Source: Myxococcota bacterium (GTDB lineage Bacteria > Myxococcota_A > Polyangia > Nannocystales > Nannocystaceae). From it: DNA of 64,000 nt. Every line of letters starts with the position of its first letter. The first letter of the stretch is position 1. This document shows, piece after piece, positions 41,371 to 51,330 of this stretch. Location: contig JBCCHT010000007.1 in assembly GCA_039028615.1 (NCBI GenBank), positions 192,001-256,000 on the forward strand, read 5' to 3'. The notes below the pieces were generated by a model. It was not told where the DNA came from, made no database searches, and saw only the letters and a program-made list of their open reading frames with translations. The position numbers were made by a program, and so were the translations under genes.

Positions 41371-43137
41371 ATGACGGTCGATGTGGCGGCATGGATCTTG
41401 ATAGCGCTCGTCGCCGGGCTGCTCATCGTCCACCGCAACCTCGTCCGCGCCCTGTGGTTCCGCACCGAGGACCCTCGACCGGTCGCGCTGTTTCGCATCG
41501 CCACAGGAGCGCTCGTACTGGCGTGGCTCGTCGACCTGGCGCCTCTGTACGACTACTTGTTCACCCCCCAGGGCCTCGTCGACGGCCCCGAGGCCCACCG
41601 ACGCTGGGGCCGCATGGGTCCCGTCTCACCGCTCTACGTGCGGGACGACTCCGCCTTCGTGCACGCCTACCTGGGGGCTTTAGGCATCAGTGCCGCCGCG
41701 TTGATGGTGGGTTTTTGTACCCCGGTGAGCGCATGGCTGACGTGGGGCTTGTTCGTCGGCCTGCTCGGTCGCAACGGGGTTTTCACGGGCGGCGAGCAGA
41801 TCTTCACCTGCTTCCTGTTCTATCTGAGCCTGTCGCGCTGCGGTCATGCCTTCAGTGTGGACGCCTGGCTTCATCGGCGGCGCGGCGGACAGCCCCGCAC
41901 CATCCCTGCGTGGCCGCGCAACCTGATGCTGCTGCAGATGCTCGGAGTGCTGTGCGCCAACGGCTTCGCCAAGTACGGCCGCAGCTGGCAGCAGGGCGAC
42001 ACGCTGCACTTCGTCCTCAACCATCCGCACTTTCGCGCATTCGAGGCGTACGGCATCTCGGCCTTGCTCGGGACCACCGCCCTGCGATGGATGACGTGGA
42101 TCACCCACGCCTTCGAGATCTTGTTCTTCCTCGTGCTCGTGGGCGTCGTCGTGAAGCTCGTGCGGAGCCACCCGGTGGAGCCTCCCCGGGGACGTGCGCG
42201 CTGGCTGGGTCGCGCCCTCGGGGTCGCCATCGGCATGGACATCGTCGTGCTCGCGAACCTTCGCCTCACCGATTCCGCCCGAGCCTCGATGTCGTGGAGC
42301 TTCGCGATCGCCCTGGGGGTCGTCATTGCGCTCGGACCCGTGGTCCTCCGGGTCGCCCGACGCCTACCGCCCGTGGTGCTGCGCTGGGCATTGGGGCGTC
42401 GGGTCTGGGTTTCGCTGTGGCTGTTGTTCACCGCGCAGCTGGTCTTCGTCTTGCGCATCGGGTGGTTCACCGCGCTGACGATGTGTGCCGCCGTGTTGAT
42501 GTTCGAGGGAGAGGAGCTTGCCCGGGCCCTGGCACGCATCGGCATTCCCTTCGGGTCGACCCCCACCGAAGTGCCTCGTCCACCCCGCCCCTGGCGACGG
42601 CGCTTCATCGGGGCCTTGTGCGCGTTCCATGTCGTCGCCGCGGTCGCCCTGTGCTTGCCCGCCGAGCGCCCCGTCTCCCCGTGGCGCAAGGATCTCGAAC
42701 GGCCGCTACGGCGATGGATCCGGCAGACCAACTACGCCCAGGTCTGGCGCATGTTCGCGCCGTCGGGCTCGATCCGAGTGCTCGACTTCGAGGCCGTGAT
42801 GCGAGACGACAGCGGGCAGGTCCTGCCCCTTGGAGCCGGCATCGTCGCCCCCGAGCATCTCGCCTCGCGGTGGGGCTTGGACAAGCGAGAGAAGATTCGC
42901 CGCCGCCTCGGAAGCCCCAAGATCGGCCCCAACTACTGGCCCGCGCACGCGCGTTGGGTGTGCCGCCAGTTCGGCGCGCGTGTCGATGGCCCCTCGGTCG
43001 TCGAGCTGTACCGCACCCTCACCCCCATCCCCACGCCGCGAGCACTGCAGACACTCGGCGTCGAGCAGGCGGTCGCCCAAGCCGAAGCCTCTCGCGAACG
43101 AATCTTGGTGTTCTCCGAGACCTGCAGTCCCAACTGA
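41371..43137 (+). CDS. HTTM-domain membrane protein
   Basis: ALFRIATG, FSVDAW, PAWPRNLMLLQ, K..RSWQQG, QVWRMFAP. Confidence 0.8.
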   Translation: MTVDVAAWILIALVAGLLIVHRNLVRALWFRTEDPRPVALFRIATGALVLAWLVDLAPLYDYLFTPQGLVDGPEAHRRWGRMGPVSPLYVRDDSAFVHAYLGALGISAAALMVGFCTPVSAWLTWGLFVGLLGRNGVFTGGEQIFTCFLFYLSLSRCGHAFSVDAWLHRRRGGQPRTIPAWPRNLMLLQMLGVLCANGFAKYGRSWQQGDTLHFVLNHPHFRAFEAYGISALLGTTALRWMTWITHAFEILFFLVLVGVVVKLVRSHPVEPPRGRARWLGRALGVAIGMDIVVLANLRLTDSARASMSWSFAIALGVVIALGPVVLRVARRLPPVVLRWALGRRVWVSLWLLFTAQLVFVLRIGWFTALTMCAAVLMFEGEELARALARIGIPFGSTPTEVPRPPRPWRRRFIGALCAFHVVAAVALCLPAERPVSPWRKDLERPLRRWIRQTNYAQVWRMFAPSGSIRVLDFEAVMRDDSGQVLPLGAGIVAPEHLASRWGLDKREKIRRRLGSPKIGPNYWPAHARWVCRQFGARVDGPSVVELYRTLTPIPTPRALQTLGVEQAVAQAEASRERILVFSETCSPN

Positions 43138-43214
43138 GTCACTCGCCCCCACTGGCACATTTTCTCCCACTGCACGCCTCGGCTTTTTCCCGCTACGGTC
43201 TTCGCGTTCTCTCG

Positions 43215-44228
43215 ATGGTCAGTAGCAATCGGATCACCGTGCCCCACGACCGTCTGGTCAAGTGGGTCTTCACTCGCCCCGAGGCGGCCGCCGTGCAGCT
43301 ACGGCAGGCGCTTCCGTCCGTGCTCGTCGATCGGCTCGACTGGAGCACGATCGCCGTGCAACCGGGGTCCTACGTCGACCAGGAGCTCGAAGAGCGACAC
43401 AGCGATGTCTTGTATTCGGTGAACTTCCGCGAGTCCTCGAGCTCCGCTCTCGTGTACGTCCTCGCCGAGCATCAATCGTCGCCCGACCGCATGATGGCCT
43501 GGCGGTTGTTCGAGTACTCGAGCCGCGTGTGGTCCCGCTACGTTCGGCAGCAACCCGAGCCCGTGCGACACCTGCCGCTGCTCATCCCGTTGTTGCTGTA
43601 CCAGGGGCCGAACGGCTGCACCCAGCCCCGACGCCTCTCCGAACTCATCGACATGCCCGACTCCTTGCGGGGGTGCTTCGAGTCGCCGATCGAGCTTTCG
43701 TTCGAAGTCGATGAGTTCAACGCCTCGGTGTTGTCCGATCGGCGAGGCCGCGATGGAATCGCCGCCCTCGTGGAGATTGCCCGCAGTCTCTTGCGTCTGG
43801 CGTTTCATCCCAACGAGATCACTCGAGAGCGTCTAGCGCCTCTTGCGCCTCTTTTCGACGAGGTCATGTCGGCGCTCGGCGTCGACGACATCCACGCGCT
43901 GTGGACCTACGTCATCAGCGTTTTCCCTCCCCAATCACCGATGCGCAGTATACTGAGCACGATCACCAGCCCGGAGCAGCAACACATGTACGCCACGATC
44001 TACGACGAAGCCATCGCGAAGGGTATCGCCAAAGGCGTAGAGCAGGGCAGAGTTCGTACCCAGGTCGCGATGGTGCTTCGGGTGCTGGACAAGCGTGGGC
44101 TGGCGCTTTCCGACGCACAGCGACAACGCGTGCAGGCGTGCTCGGACGAGACCCAGCTCGACGAGTGGTTCGACCGCGCCCTCACGGCGACGACCGCCGA
44201 CGAGGTCTTCAGCCCGGCCGGCGAGTAG
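43215..44228 (+). CDS. Rpn (YhgA-like) recombination-promoting nuclease
   Basis: PHDRLVK, LDWSTI..PGSYVD..L.ERHSDVLYSV, YVLAEHQS, MAWR..EY, PLLLYQG; C-terminal GIAKGVEQG and LDEWFDRA. Confidence 0.9.
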   Translation: MVSSNRITVPHDRLVKWVFTRPEAAAVQLRQALPSVLVDRLDWSTIAVQPGSYVDQELEERHSDVLYSVNFRESSSSALVYVLAEHQSSPDRMMAWRLFEYSSRVWSRYVRQQPEPVRHLPLLIPLLLYQGPNGCTQPRRLSELIDMPDSLRGCFESPIELSFEVDEFNASVLSDRRGRDGIAALVEIARSLLRLAFHPNEITRERLAPLAPLFDEVMSALGVDDIHALWTYVISVFPPQSPMRSILSTITSPEQQHMYATIYDEAIAKGIAKGVEQGRVRTQVAMVLRVLDKRGLALSDAQRQRVQACSDETQLDEWFDRALTATTADEVFSPAGE

Positions 44229-44306
44229 CTCACCCCACGATCGCAAAACGGGCTCGGCAGCGCGTGTGCGCCGGCGAGCCCGCTTCGTCCCGAACGCGAA
44301 ACAGCG

Positions 44307-46430
44307 TCAGTTGTTCGTGGGCAGGAACGAGTAGCGGTCGGCGTACTCGAGCATCTGCAGCACGAAGTTGTCGGGATATTCGACCTTCACGTCGACGATC
44401 TCGCCGCCCTCGGTCACGGGGACGAGCCGGGGGTTGATGAATCCGGCGTAGGGCGCGATGGACAGCGACTCGTACCGCTTCAGGACCTGCTCGTGGATCG
44501 TGCGGTCGACCTTGACGCCGTAGTCCTCGACCAGCTTGCGACCCGCTTGGTAGTCGCCCTCGGACTTGATTCGCTGGACCTCGCGGAGCAGCTGGCCGAA
44601 CAACTCACGGAGCTTCACGTAGTCGTTGACCACGAAGTAGGTCTTGCCGTCACGCTCGACCTGCTCGACGACGTTGTCCTTCTTGCCCTTCTGAAACACC
44701 CACTGGGCGATCATCTGGCGGTTGCGCATGTGGGCCTCTTCGAGGTCCTCGCCCAGCTCGAGGCGGGCCAGCTGCACGAGCATGCCGTTGCGGATGTAGT
44801 CGTCGTAGCCGGCCATGCCCACCTCGAGGCTCGGCATGACGCCGATCTCGATGAGCTTGGGATCGAGCATGTAGTAGAGCGCTACGAGGTCGGCTCGCCC
44901 CTCCTCGAGGGTGGAGGCGTAGCTCTTGAGCGTCTCCTTCGGGGTCCCTACGCCCTTTTTGATCGCGCCCGAGGCATGGCCGATGACCTCGTGCATGTCG
45001 GTGTGCAGGGTGTCGGCGAGCCCGTTGTACTGCCGTGCCCGCGAGACCTCCTCCTCGGAGGCGGCGAACTCCTCGAGCACGCCCGTTTGCTTGCTCGACT
45101 CTTCGTAGGCGGCAACGATGTTGCCCAGGTTGACCGACTTGGAGCCGTGCTGAGCGCGGATCCAGTTGGCGTTGGGCAGGTTGATGCCGATCGGCGTACT
45201 GGGCGAGGCGTCACCCGACTCGACGACGACGGTGATCACCTTGGCGGAGATGCCCTTGACGTCCTTCTTCTTGTAGGCGTCGGGAATCGAGCTGTTGTCC
45301 TCGAACCACTGCGCCTCGCGGCTGATGGCGTCGATGCGCTTGCTCGACTCCATGTCGCGAATGGACACCACCGACTCGAACGCGCCACGGTACCCGAGGG
45401 GGTCGCCGTAGACCTCGATGAAACCGTTGACGACGTCGATCCGCGAGCCGGTGTCCTTGACCCACGCGATGGAGTAGTCGTCGAAGGCCCGTAGGTCGCC
45501 GGTCTCGTAGTAGACCACCAGCTTCTCGAGCGCATCCCGCTGCGCGTCGTTCTCGGCCACGGTGGCGGCCAGCTTCAGCCAGTCGACGATCTCGGAGATG
45601 GCCTCGCCATAGAGCCCGTCCGCCTTCCAGACCCTCTCGACCAGCTTGCCCTTGTTCTTGACCAGCTGCGAGTTGAGGCCCCACGAGATGGGCCGCGGGT
45701 CTTTTTTGTCGATCTTGCGCCCGTAGAAGCGCTCGACGTCCTTCTGGGTGACGCCAGGCCCGTAGAAGTTGGTCGCGGAGGCGACCACCATGTCCTGCTT
45801 GGAGTCGAGGACGACGCGCTTGGGGTCGACCTTGGGGTCGAAGAGGATCGGAGTGAGCTCGTCGATGAGCTGGTCGGCGGTCTGCCCCTTGTCCAGCGGC
45901 AAGGTGCTGGCCTTGGTTCCCCGCACCGCCGTGCCCAAGAACTCCTTGGAGAACTCGGGCACGATCTTCTTCATCGAGTAGTGGTGGTGGATCCCGTTGG
46001 AGAACCACACCCGCTTGGCGTACACGGTCAGCGCGTCCCAGTCGGCGCCTTCACGCTCGCCCTCGTAGCCGCGCATGATGGCCTCGAGCGTTCGCCGGAC
46101 CTTGAGGTTGTGCCGATTGTTCTGGTCCCAGATGATGTCGCGCCCGCACAGCGCCGCCTGATAGAGGTAGTAGGCGAGCTTCTTTTCCTGGAGCGACAGC
46201 TCGTTGAACCCGGGAATCCGGTACCGAAGCACGCGAATGTCGGCGAATTGGTCGACTTGCACCTGGAACTCGTGCGAGACGGCTTCGCCGACGACCGTCG
46301 ACGGCGCTTCGGTGGGCGGCGGCGCGGGGCTCGTGGGGGTCTCGGTGGGAGGAGGCGCCGTGCTCTTACCCGGGCAAGCGGGGAGCGACAGCGCGGAGAC
46401 GATGACGAGAGCGCGACCAAGGCGACGCAT
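44307..46430 (-). CDS. Dipeptidyl peptidase III (M49), lipoprotein
   Basis: NGFIEVYGDP, GINLPN..WIR..HGSKSV, HEVIGH, EEGRAD, EAHM; lipobox LPAC; start ATG 46430. Confidence 0.92.
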   Translation of the reverse strand: MRRLGRALVIVSALSLPACPGKSTAPPPTETPTSPAPPPTEAPSTVVGEAVSHEFQVQVDQFADIRVLRYRIPGFNELSLQEKKLAYYLYQAALCGRDIIWDQNNRHNLKVRRTLEAIMRGYEGEREGADWDALTVYAKRVWFSNGIHHHYSMKKIVPEFSKEFLGTAVRGTKASTLPLDKGQTADQLIDELTPILFDPKVDPKRVVLDSKQDMVVASATNFYGPGVTQKDVERFYGRKIDKKDPRPISWGLNSQLVKNKGKLVERVWKADGLYGEAISEIVDWLKLAATVAENDAQRDALEKLVVYYETGDLRAFDDYSIAWVKDTGSRIDVVNGFIEVYGDPLGYRGAFESVVSIRDMESSKRIDAISREAQWFEDNSSIPDAYKKKDVKGISAKVITVVVESGDASPSTPIGINLPNANWIRAQHGSKSVNLGNIVAAYEESSKQTGVLEEFAASEEEVSRARQYNGLADTLHTDMHEVIGHASGAIKKGVGTPKETLKSYASTLEEGRADLVALYYMLDPKLIEIGVMPSLEVGMAGYDDYIRNGMLVQLARLELGEDLEEAHMRNRQMIAQWVFQKGKKDNVVEQVERDGKTYFVVNDYVKLRELFGQLLREVQRIKSEGDYQAGRKLVEDYGVKVDRTIHEQVLKRYESLSIAPYAGFINPRLVPVTEGGEIVDVKVEYPDNFVLQMLEYADRYSFLPTNN

Positions 46431-46602
46431 GGCGCGTACGATGGCGCAGGGTCCCGAGCGCGCGCAACCCCGCCCATGCCCCCGTAGCGTGCGTAGGCGC
46501 CCACACGAACCCGAGCGTGGCCGGATCCCGGCCGCCGCCCGAGGGCGCGGTGGAGTGCACAACGATGCCCCCAACGGCGTACGACCGGGATAGACTTCGC
46601 CC

Positions 46603-47988
46603 ATGCGGATTGGTTCTCGGCGCTCCCGGATTCGCCATCTCGTGCTGCTCGCCACGGCGAGCGTGGCCCTGTCGGCGTGCGGACAAGACGACGACACCGG
46701 GCAACAGCTGGCATCGCGCTGCGGCGAGCCGGGCCAGTGGTCCCTGACGCGAGTCCCGAGCGCGAGCAACGGCGGCGTGATCGGCCTGGTCGGCGACCAC
46801 GTGGTCTCGTGGTCGAGCGACGGCGACATCACCATGCTGCACGGGTCCGATACCTGCGGCGAAGGTTCGGTGGACGTCGAGCTCGACGCGGCCGGACAGT
46901 TCGTTCACGTGGACGATCACGTGTTCGTGCTCGCGGACGCCAGCGCCGTACGCTTCGACCCCGCCAGCGGCAGCACGCACGCCGCGTTCGGGGCCGTCTT
47001 CCCGCAGATGCACGCCACGCCCGCGGGTCTGCTCGCGCTGGGCATCGGCGGCAAGCTGCTGCTGCATCCCAACCCGGCCGACCCCGCGGTCGAGGCCGAA
47101 GTGCTCTCCGAGGGCGTCGCGTGGCTGCCCCGCGCCGACGATGCGGACCCGCCCGGTTGGCCACACCTGTGGACCGACGGCAGCCAAACCTTCGCTCTGT
47201 CGGTCGACTTCGAACTGCTCCGCGTGCCCCTCGACGGCAGCGAGCCGGTCATCGAACTCGAAGAAGTCGAGGAGTTTCACATCGTCGATGGAGGTCGCAA
47301 GGTGCTGTGGCGAGGCCTCGGCGGCGCGATGCTGACGATGACCGACCTCGGCAGCGGCGAGGAGATCTTCACCATCGAGCAGAGCACGGGGCGCTGGAGC
47401 GCCACCGAGGTCGGCCGATGGGTGCTGCTCACCACCGACAAGGGGCGCCTGCTGAACCTCGACGACGGCAGCGTCACCGAGCCCGTCGACTTCAACCCCA
47501 CCGCGATCACGGACACGGGCACCGACAACGTGCTGCTCACGGGCATCGCCAATGGCTCGACCGCTCGCGGCTACTGGCTGCTCTCCCCCACTGGGACGCC
47601 CTCGACGTTCCTGGCCCCGGATGCCTGCCTCGAGTTCGACTCTCAGGTCACGGCCGACGGCGTCATCATCCCGGAGGGGCCCTGCGATCCGAACACGGCG
47701 CTGTTCAACCCGCGCGACACCATGGCGCTGCATCCCTTCGCCGGGGGTGCCCCGCAGACGCTGGGCGAACGCTTCGGCTTCGACTACGCCGCCCTCCAGG
47801 ACGGCTTCATCTTGTCGTGGAACGAGCGCGTGGGTACGGACGAAGGCGAGCTGACCGCGGACTCTCCGGCCGGAGACCCGATCATCATGGGCGACGGAGT
47901 CAGCCGCACCTTCCCCACCGTCGATGGCCTGGACGCCTACTTCTTCCGGCTCGGCGAGGGCGTGCAGCGCTTCGCCATCTCGGACTGA
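46603..47988 (+). CDS. Hypothetical beta-rich (propeller-like) lipoprotein
   Basis: Lipobox LSAC; coding-like codon bias. Confidence 0.7.
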   Translation: MRIGSRRSRIRHLVLLATASVALSACGQDDDTGQQLASRCGEPGQWSLTRVPSASNGGVIGLVGDHVVSWSSDGDITMLHGSDTCGEGSVDVELDAAGQFVHVDDHVFVLADASAVRFDPASGSTHAAFGAVFPQMHATPAGLLALGIGGKLLLHPNPADPAVEAEVLSEGVAWLPRADDADPPGWPHLWTDGSQTFALSVDFELLRVPLDGSEPVIELEEVEEFHIVDGGRKVLWRGLGGAMLTMTDLGSGEEIFTIEQSTGRWSATEVGRWVLLTTDKGRLLNLDDGSVTEPVDFNPTAITDTGTDNVLLTGIANGSTARGYWLLSPTGTPSTFLAPDACLEFDSQVTADGVIIPEGPCDPNTALFNPRDTMALHPFAGGAPQTLGERFGFDYAALQDGFILSWNERVGTDEGELTADSPAGDPIIMGDGVSRTFPTVDGLDAYFFRLGEGVQRFAISD

Positions 47989-48009
47989 GCGAGCCCCGAG
48001 CGTCTCGGC

Positions 48010-49581
48010 TCAGCCGAACACGTGCTCGACGGGACCGCGGCGGTCGGCCACCTGGGTCAGGCCGTCGCGAACGCGAACCCGCGTGCCCAGGTCACCCTCG
48101 TCCTCGTAGACCTCCATCCAGCCTTCGCGGGGGTGTGGACCGGTCAGCGAGTAGACGTAGGCCGCGTCGCGAGGCGAGAGGTTGATGCAGCCGTGGCTCG
48201 CGCGGTGACCGAAGCGGTCGTGCCAGTACGCCGAGTGCAGCGCGATGCCGCCGTGGAAGTACTGCACGTAGGGCACCGCCTCGACGGCGTAGACGTCGGA
48301 CGCCCCGGGGGCGCTGCTCATGCTGCCGTAGGCCTCTTTTTCGTTGATCCGAAACAAGCCCGTGGGGGTGGGGCCCTTGAGGCCGCTGGAGATCAAGGTG
48401 GTGTAGACCGGGGTGTCGCCCTCCATCACCGTCAGGGTCTGCTGGTCGACGTCGACGTCGAGCCACCGCTCGCCCTGCGCCAAGGTCGGGTCGCCGAGGT
48501 CGGTGACCGGCTCCCAGCGACGAATGTGCCGCGAGGAGACGTAGCCCCCATCCACCAGTTCATAGAAGGTCCCGCTGGCGGTCTTCACCGGGGTGGGCTC
48601 GACGTAGATCTCGGCGTGGTAGTCGAGCACCTCGTGGATCTCGGCCTCGGCGTCGGCTGCGACCCGCACGGTGGTCTCCGGCCACTTGGTGGCCCAGGCC
48701 AGGCGCTGCCCCTGCGGCACGGGCTCGGCCCGCAGGTCGTGGCCGGCGAACGAGCTCGGGCGGAAGCGACGAAGGTCGCGCTCGGGCATCACTCGACCGC
48801 GCTTGTCGACGAGCAGGGTGGTGCCCTTGACCGCGCGACGGGTCTTGAACGCGAAGTGACGCCCGGGAGCGCTCACCGTCTGGGGCTCGTCGCCCGCGAG
48901 GTAGCTCTGGAGCGAGGACCAGCGGCGCGCCGTCTTCCCGGCAGGAATGGCCGCGAAGTAGAACGGCATGACCCCGTCGCCCTTGATCGCGGGCATCGTG
49001 CGCGGCGCTCGGGTGGCCTTGCGGGTCTCGGCGAGGCACACGAAGCCGCCGTTGCCGACGTCGGCCCAGCCCTTGCCGCCGCAGCTCTTGCCCTCGACCA
49101 GCTCGAACACGTCGAAGGACTCACCCATGGGGATGCGAGCGCGGCGAGGGGCCCGATGATCGGGCGCGACGCGGATGGTCAGGCGTTGCCGAGCGGTGCG
49201 GGCCTCGATGGGCTCACGCTCGGCGGGAATGGGTGCCAGCTCGACCGGCGCGACCACGGTCTCGGTCGCGGCGGGCTCGGGCCGAGTCGAGGACACGGGC
49301 TCGGATGCAGCCGTGGACCCCTTGCGGCTCAACGAGCTCAGCGAGCGCTCGGTCGCCATGCCCTGCGACTCGGGCATCTCGTCGACCGTCATGTTCATGG
49401 TGGAGGGGCGCTCGCGCGTGGTGGCGTCGTCGAGGGTCTCGACGGCCATCGGCTCGCTGGGCGGCATGGCAGCGGTGGCCTGCTCGCAGCCGGGGGACAA
49501 CAACACCAGGGCGCTCATGCACCCCAGCAAACCCAAGACTGCTCGCTTCGACTCCGTTGCCCTGCCACTGCGGTCGCTCAT
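48010..49581 (-). CDS. L,D-transpeptidase (YkuD) family protein
   Basis: DVDQQTL, TLISSG, TPTGLF, ALHSAYWHDRFG..ASHGCINL; start ATG 49581 with AAGGTGA SD. Confidence 0.92.
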   Translation of the reverse strand: MSDRSGRATESKRAVLGLLGCMSALVLLSPGCEQATAAMPPSEPMAVETLDDATTRERPSTMNMTVDEMPESQGMATERSLSSLSRKGSTAASEPVSSTRPEPAATETVVAPVELAPIPAEREPIEARTARQRLTIRVAPDHRAPRRARIPMGESFDVFELVEGKSCGGKGWADVGNGGFVCLAETRKATRAPRTMPAIKGDGVMPFYFAAIPAGKTARRWSSLQSYLAGDEPQTVSAPGRHFAFKTRRAVKGTTLLVDKRGRVMPERDLRRFRPSSFAGHDLRAEPVPQGQRLAWATKWPETTVRVAADAEAEIHEVLDYHAEIYVEPTPVKTASGTFYELVDGGYVSSRHIRRWEPVTDLGDPTLAQGERWLDVDVDQQTLTVMEGDTPVYTTLISSGLKGPTPTGLFRINEKEAYGSMSSAPGASDVYAVEAVPYVQYFHGGIALHSAYWHDRFGHRASHGCINLSPRDAAYVYSLTGPHPREGWMEVYEDEGDLGTRVRVRDGLTQVADRRGPVEHVFG

Positions 49582-49725
49582 GCTCACCTTTCGCCCTTGG
49601 TCGGGCGGGGTCTCGGGTTGGCGCCTGCGGTGCGAGGCAGACGGACAACGACCCACGCCACCTTTGACGCAGCTTGGGCCTAGCGATTCTCTTTTCAAGT
49701 TGACAGGCCGAAGAAACTATGAGGC

Positions 49726-49929
49726 TGGTGCGACTCCCCCCGAGGTGACGACACGAGTAGCCATGTCACGGTCTCCCGTTCGGGGGTCGAACCTTCGTTC
49801 CGAGCGGGGGTGGCTACTGCGGTAGTCACCGTCCAATCGCGGGACAACGGGCACGCAGAGCGACAGGCCCGTGAGCTTTTCGACATCCGCAGTTCGCACG
49901 TCGTCATCGCTAGTGGGGAGATCCCACCA
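49726..49929. ncRNA. Candidate structured intergenic RNA (rod-like, 6S-like size); identity and strand unresolved
   Basis: Nested complementary segments: tggtg/cacca, ctcccc/ggggag, ggtgacgac/gtcgtcatc, atgtc/gacat, gtcg/cgac, cggt/accg; alternative helices agtagcca/tggctact and ctcccgttcgg/ccgagcggggg. Confidence 0.45.
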
Positions 49930-49973
49930 CGAAGACGAGGCTGCGTGACCCGTTCGTGGCCCGGCCGCGGGGA

Positions 49974-51129
49974 CTACCGCGAGGGGCTCGAGACGAACAC
50001 GGTGCGGAAGTGCGGCGTGTGCCGAGCCGCGTCGTCGGGCGTCCCCGAGGCGTCGGCCAATGTGTCACCAGAGGGGCCGGCGTCGGGAGGCGGAGCCACG
50101 TCCGTCGGCGTGTCACTCGAAGGCGGTTTCGCGGGAGGCGGAGCCACGTCCGTCGGCGCGTCGCTCGAGGGCGGCGGAGCCACGTCCGTCGGTGCGTCAC
50201 TCGAGGGCGGCGGAGCGACATCGGTCGGGGCTCCGCTAGCCGGCGGCGTCTCGGGCGGAGGCGTGACATCGGTCGGTGCACCGCTGGGAGGCGGAGCATC
50301 GGCGGGCGGCGGAGCCACGTCCGTCGGTGCGCCACCGGGCGCGGGCTCGACCGGCGCGGCGGGAGCGGTGCGGGGCGGCGGCGTGGGCTGAGCGGGAGGA
50401 TCGGGCTCGACTGCCTCGTCCATGGGATTGGTGGCGGGCGGGTAGCTGCGCGGGGCCTCACGCTCCCTTCGCTCACGCGCCCGTCGTTCCCGGCGACTCT
50501 CTCGCTTGCCCCCAAAGGCCAGCACCATGCCCAGCTGCGGCCCCCATCGGAACGAGCACAGGTCGAGCAACAGCGGCGTGCCGTCGGGGTCACTGGGGGT
50601 ATAGGTCAGCGCGTCCTGGCACTGGTCGGTAGGGAAGATGCCCGAGAAACCGACGCCCAAGTTGACGTACAGCGGTCCCGCCACATTGAGGAACACCCCG
50701 GGTCCCGCCACCCACTGCCCGTAGGTCCCCGCGCCGTGGTTGAAGAACACCGGACCCGCTCCGCCGTAGACGTAGGGCGAGAACCGGCGACTACGAAAGA
50801 ACACGTACTGCAGCGTCGGCGTGATGTCGAAGACGTTGGTGGGCAGCTGATCTTCGATGCCGGGATAGCGAGCCTTGAACGCGCTCTTGTAGATGAGGAT
50901 GGTGTCCGAAAAACTCAGCCCCGCCGAGAGCCCGTTGACGATGTAGTAGTTGAAACCGAGGCCGAAGTTCAGGGTCGCGATGTCGCTGAACAGGCCGCCC
51001 GCACCGAGGCCGAAGGTGGGCACCATGGTCCCCCGCCCCCACGGGCGATCGTCGCGAGGCTCGGCCGCCTCGGCCGTGCTCGACCACGCCAGGGCCATCG
51101 CGGCCGCGCCCGTGGCCAGCAATCCCATG
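49974..51129 (-). CDS. Outer-membrane beta-barrel-like protein with Pro-rich repeat tail
   Basis: Signal peptide (..TAEA), amphipathic strands (FGLGFNYY, FSPYVYGGAG), Pro-rich C-terminus; start uncertain (51129 or up to 51215). Confidence 0.7.
50086..50337 (-). repeat. Six in-frame PTDV(A/T)PPP repeats
   Basis: Repeated ggcggagccacgtccgtcgg units with codon-phase spacing inside the CDS. Confidence 0.85.
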
Positions 51130-51330
51130 CGCCGACGTCGACGAGAGCGCCGAGTGCGACCGACGAACGAGGCGGACGAATCTCCGGTGGAGCGGGCCAT
51201 TCGCTTCATCGTCAAATAGCCCCGCCCCTAAAATCAACTCGTCAGGGGCCAGCTGCGGCGGGGGCGTGATGCAGGCCTCACCGCGCGGTGGGGCACCGTG
51301 CCACGGAGGCTCGGCGCGAGGTGCCGTACC

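Noticed and set aside
41391..43214. Apparent 600-aa N-terminal extension of Rpn (945-aa ORF)
   Set aside because: Off-frame overlap with the HTTM gene with Arg/Pro-rich nonsense composition; Rpn homology begins at about 43215
43138..44306. Rpn gene as an IS element or transposase
   Set aside because: No terminal inverted repeats or target duplications seen; YhgA-like proteins are PD-(D/E)XK nucleases rather than demonstrated transposases
49780..49800. GGTTCGAC T-loop-like motif on the minus strand, with a CACCA end at 49726
   Set aside because: No cloverleaf or tmRNA acceptor geometry could be built; treated as part of the ncRNA candidate
50086..50337. Spaced direct repeats resembling a CRISPR array
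   Set aside because: Degenerate, codon-phased, encode PTDVAPPP inside a CDS; spacers are short and similar; no cas genes
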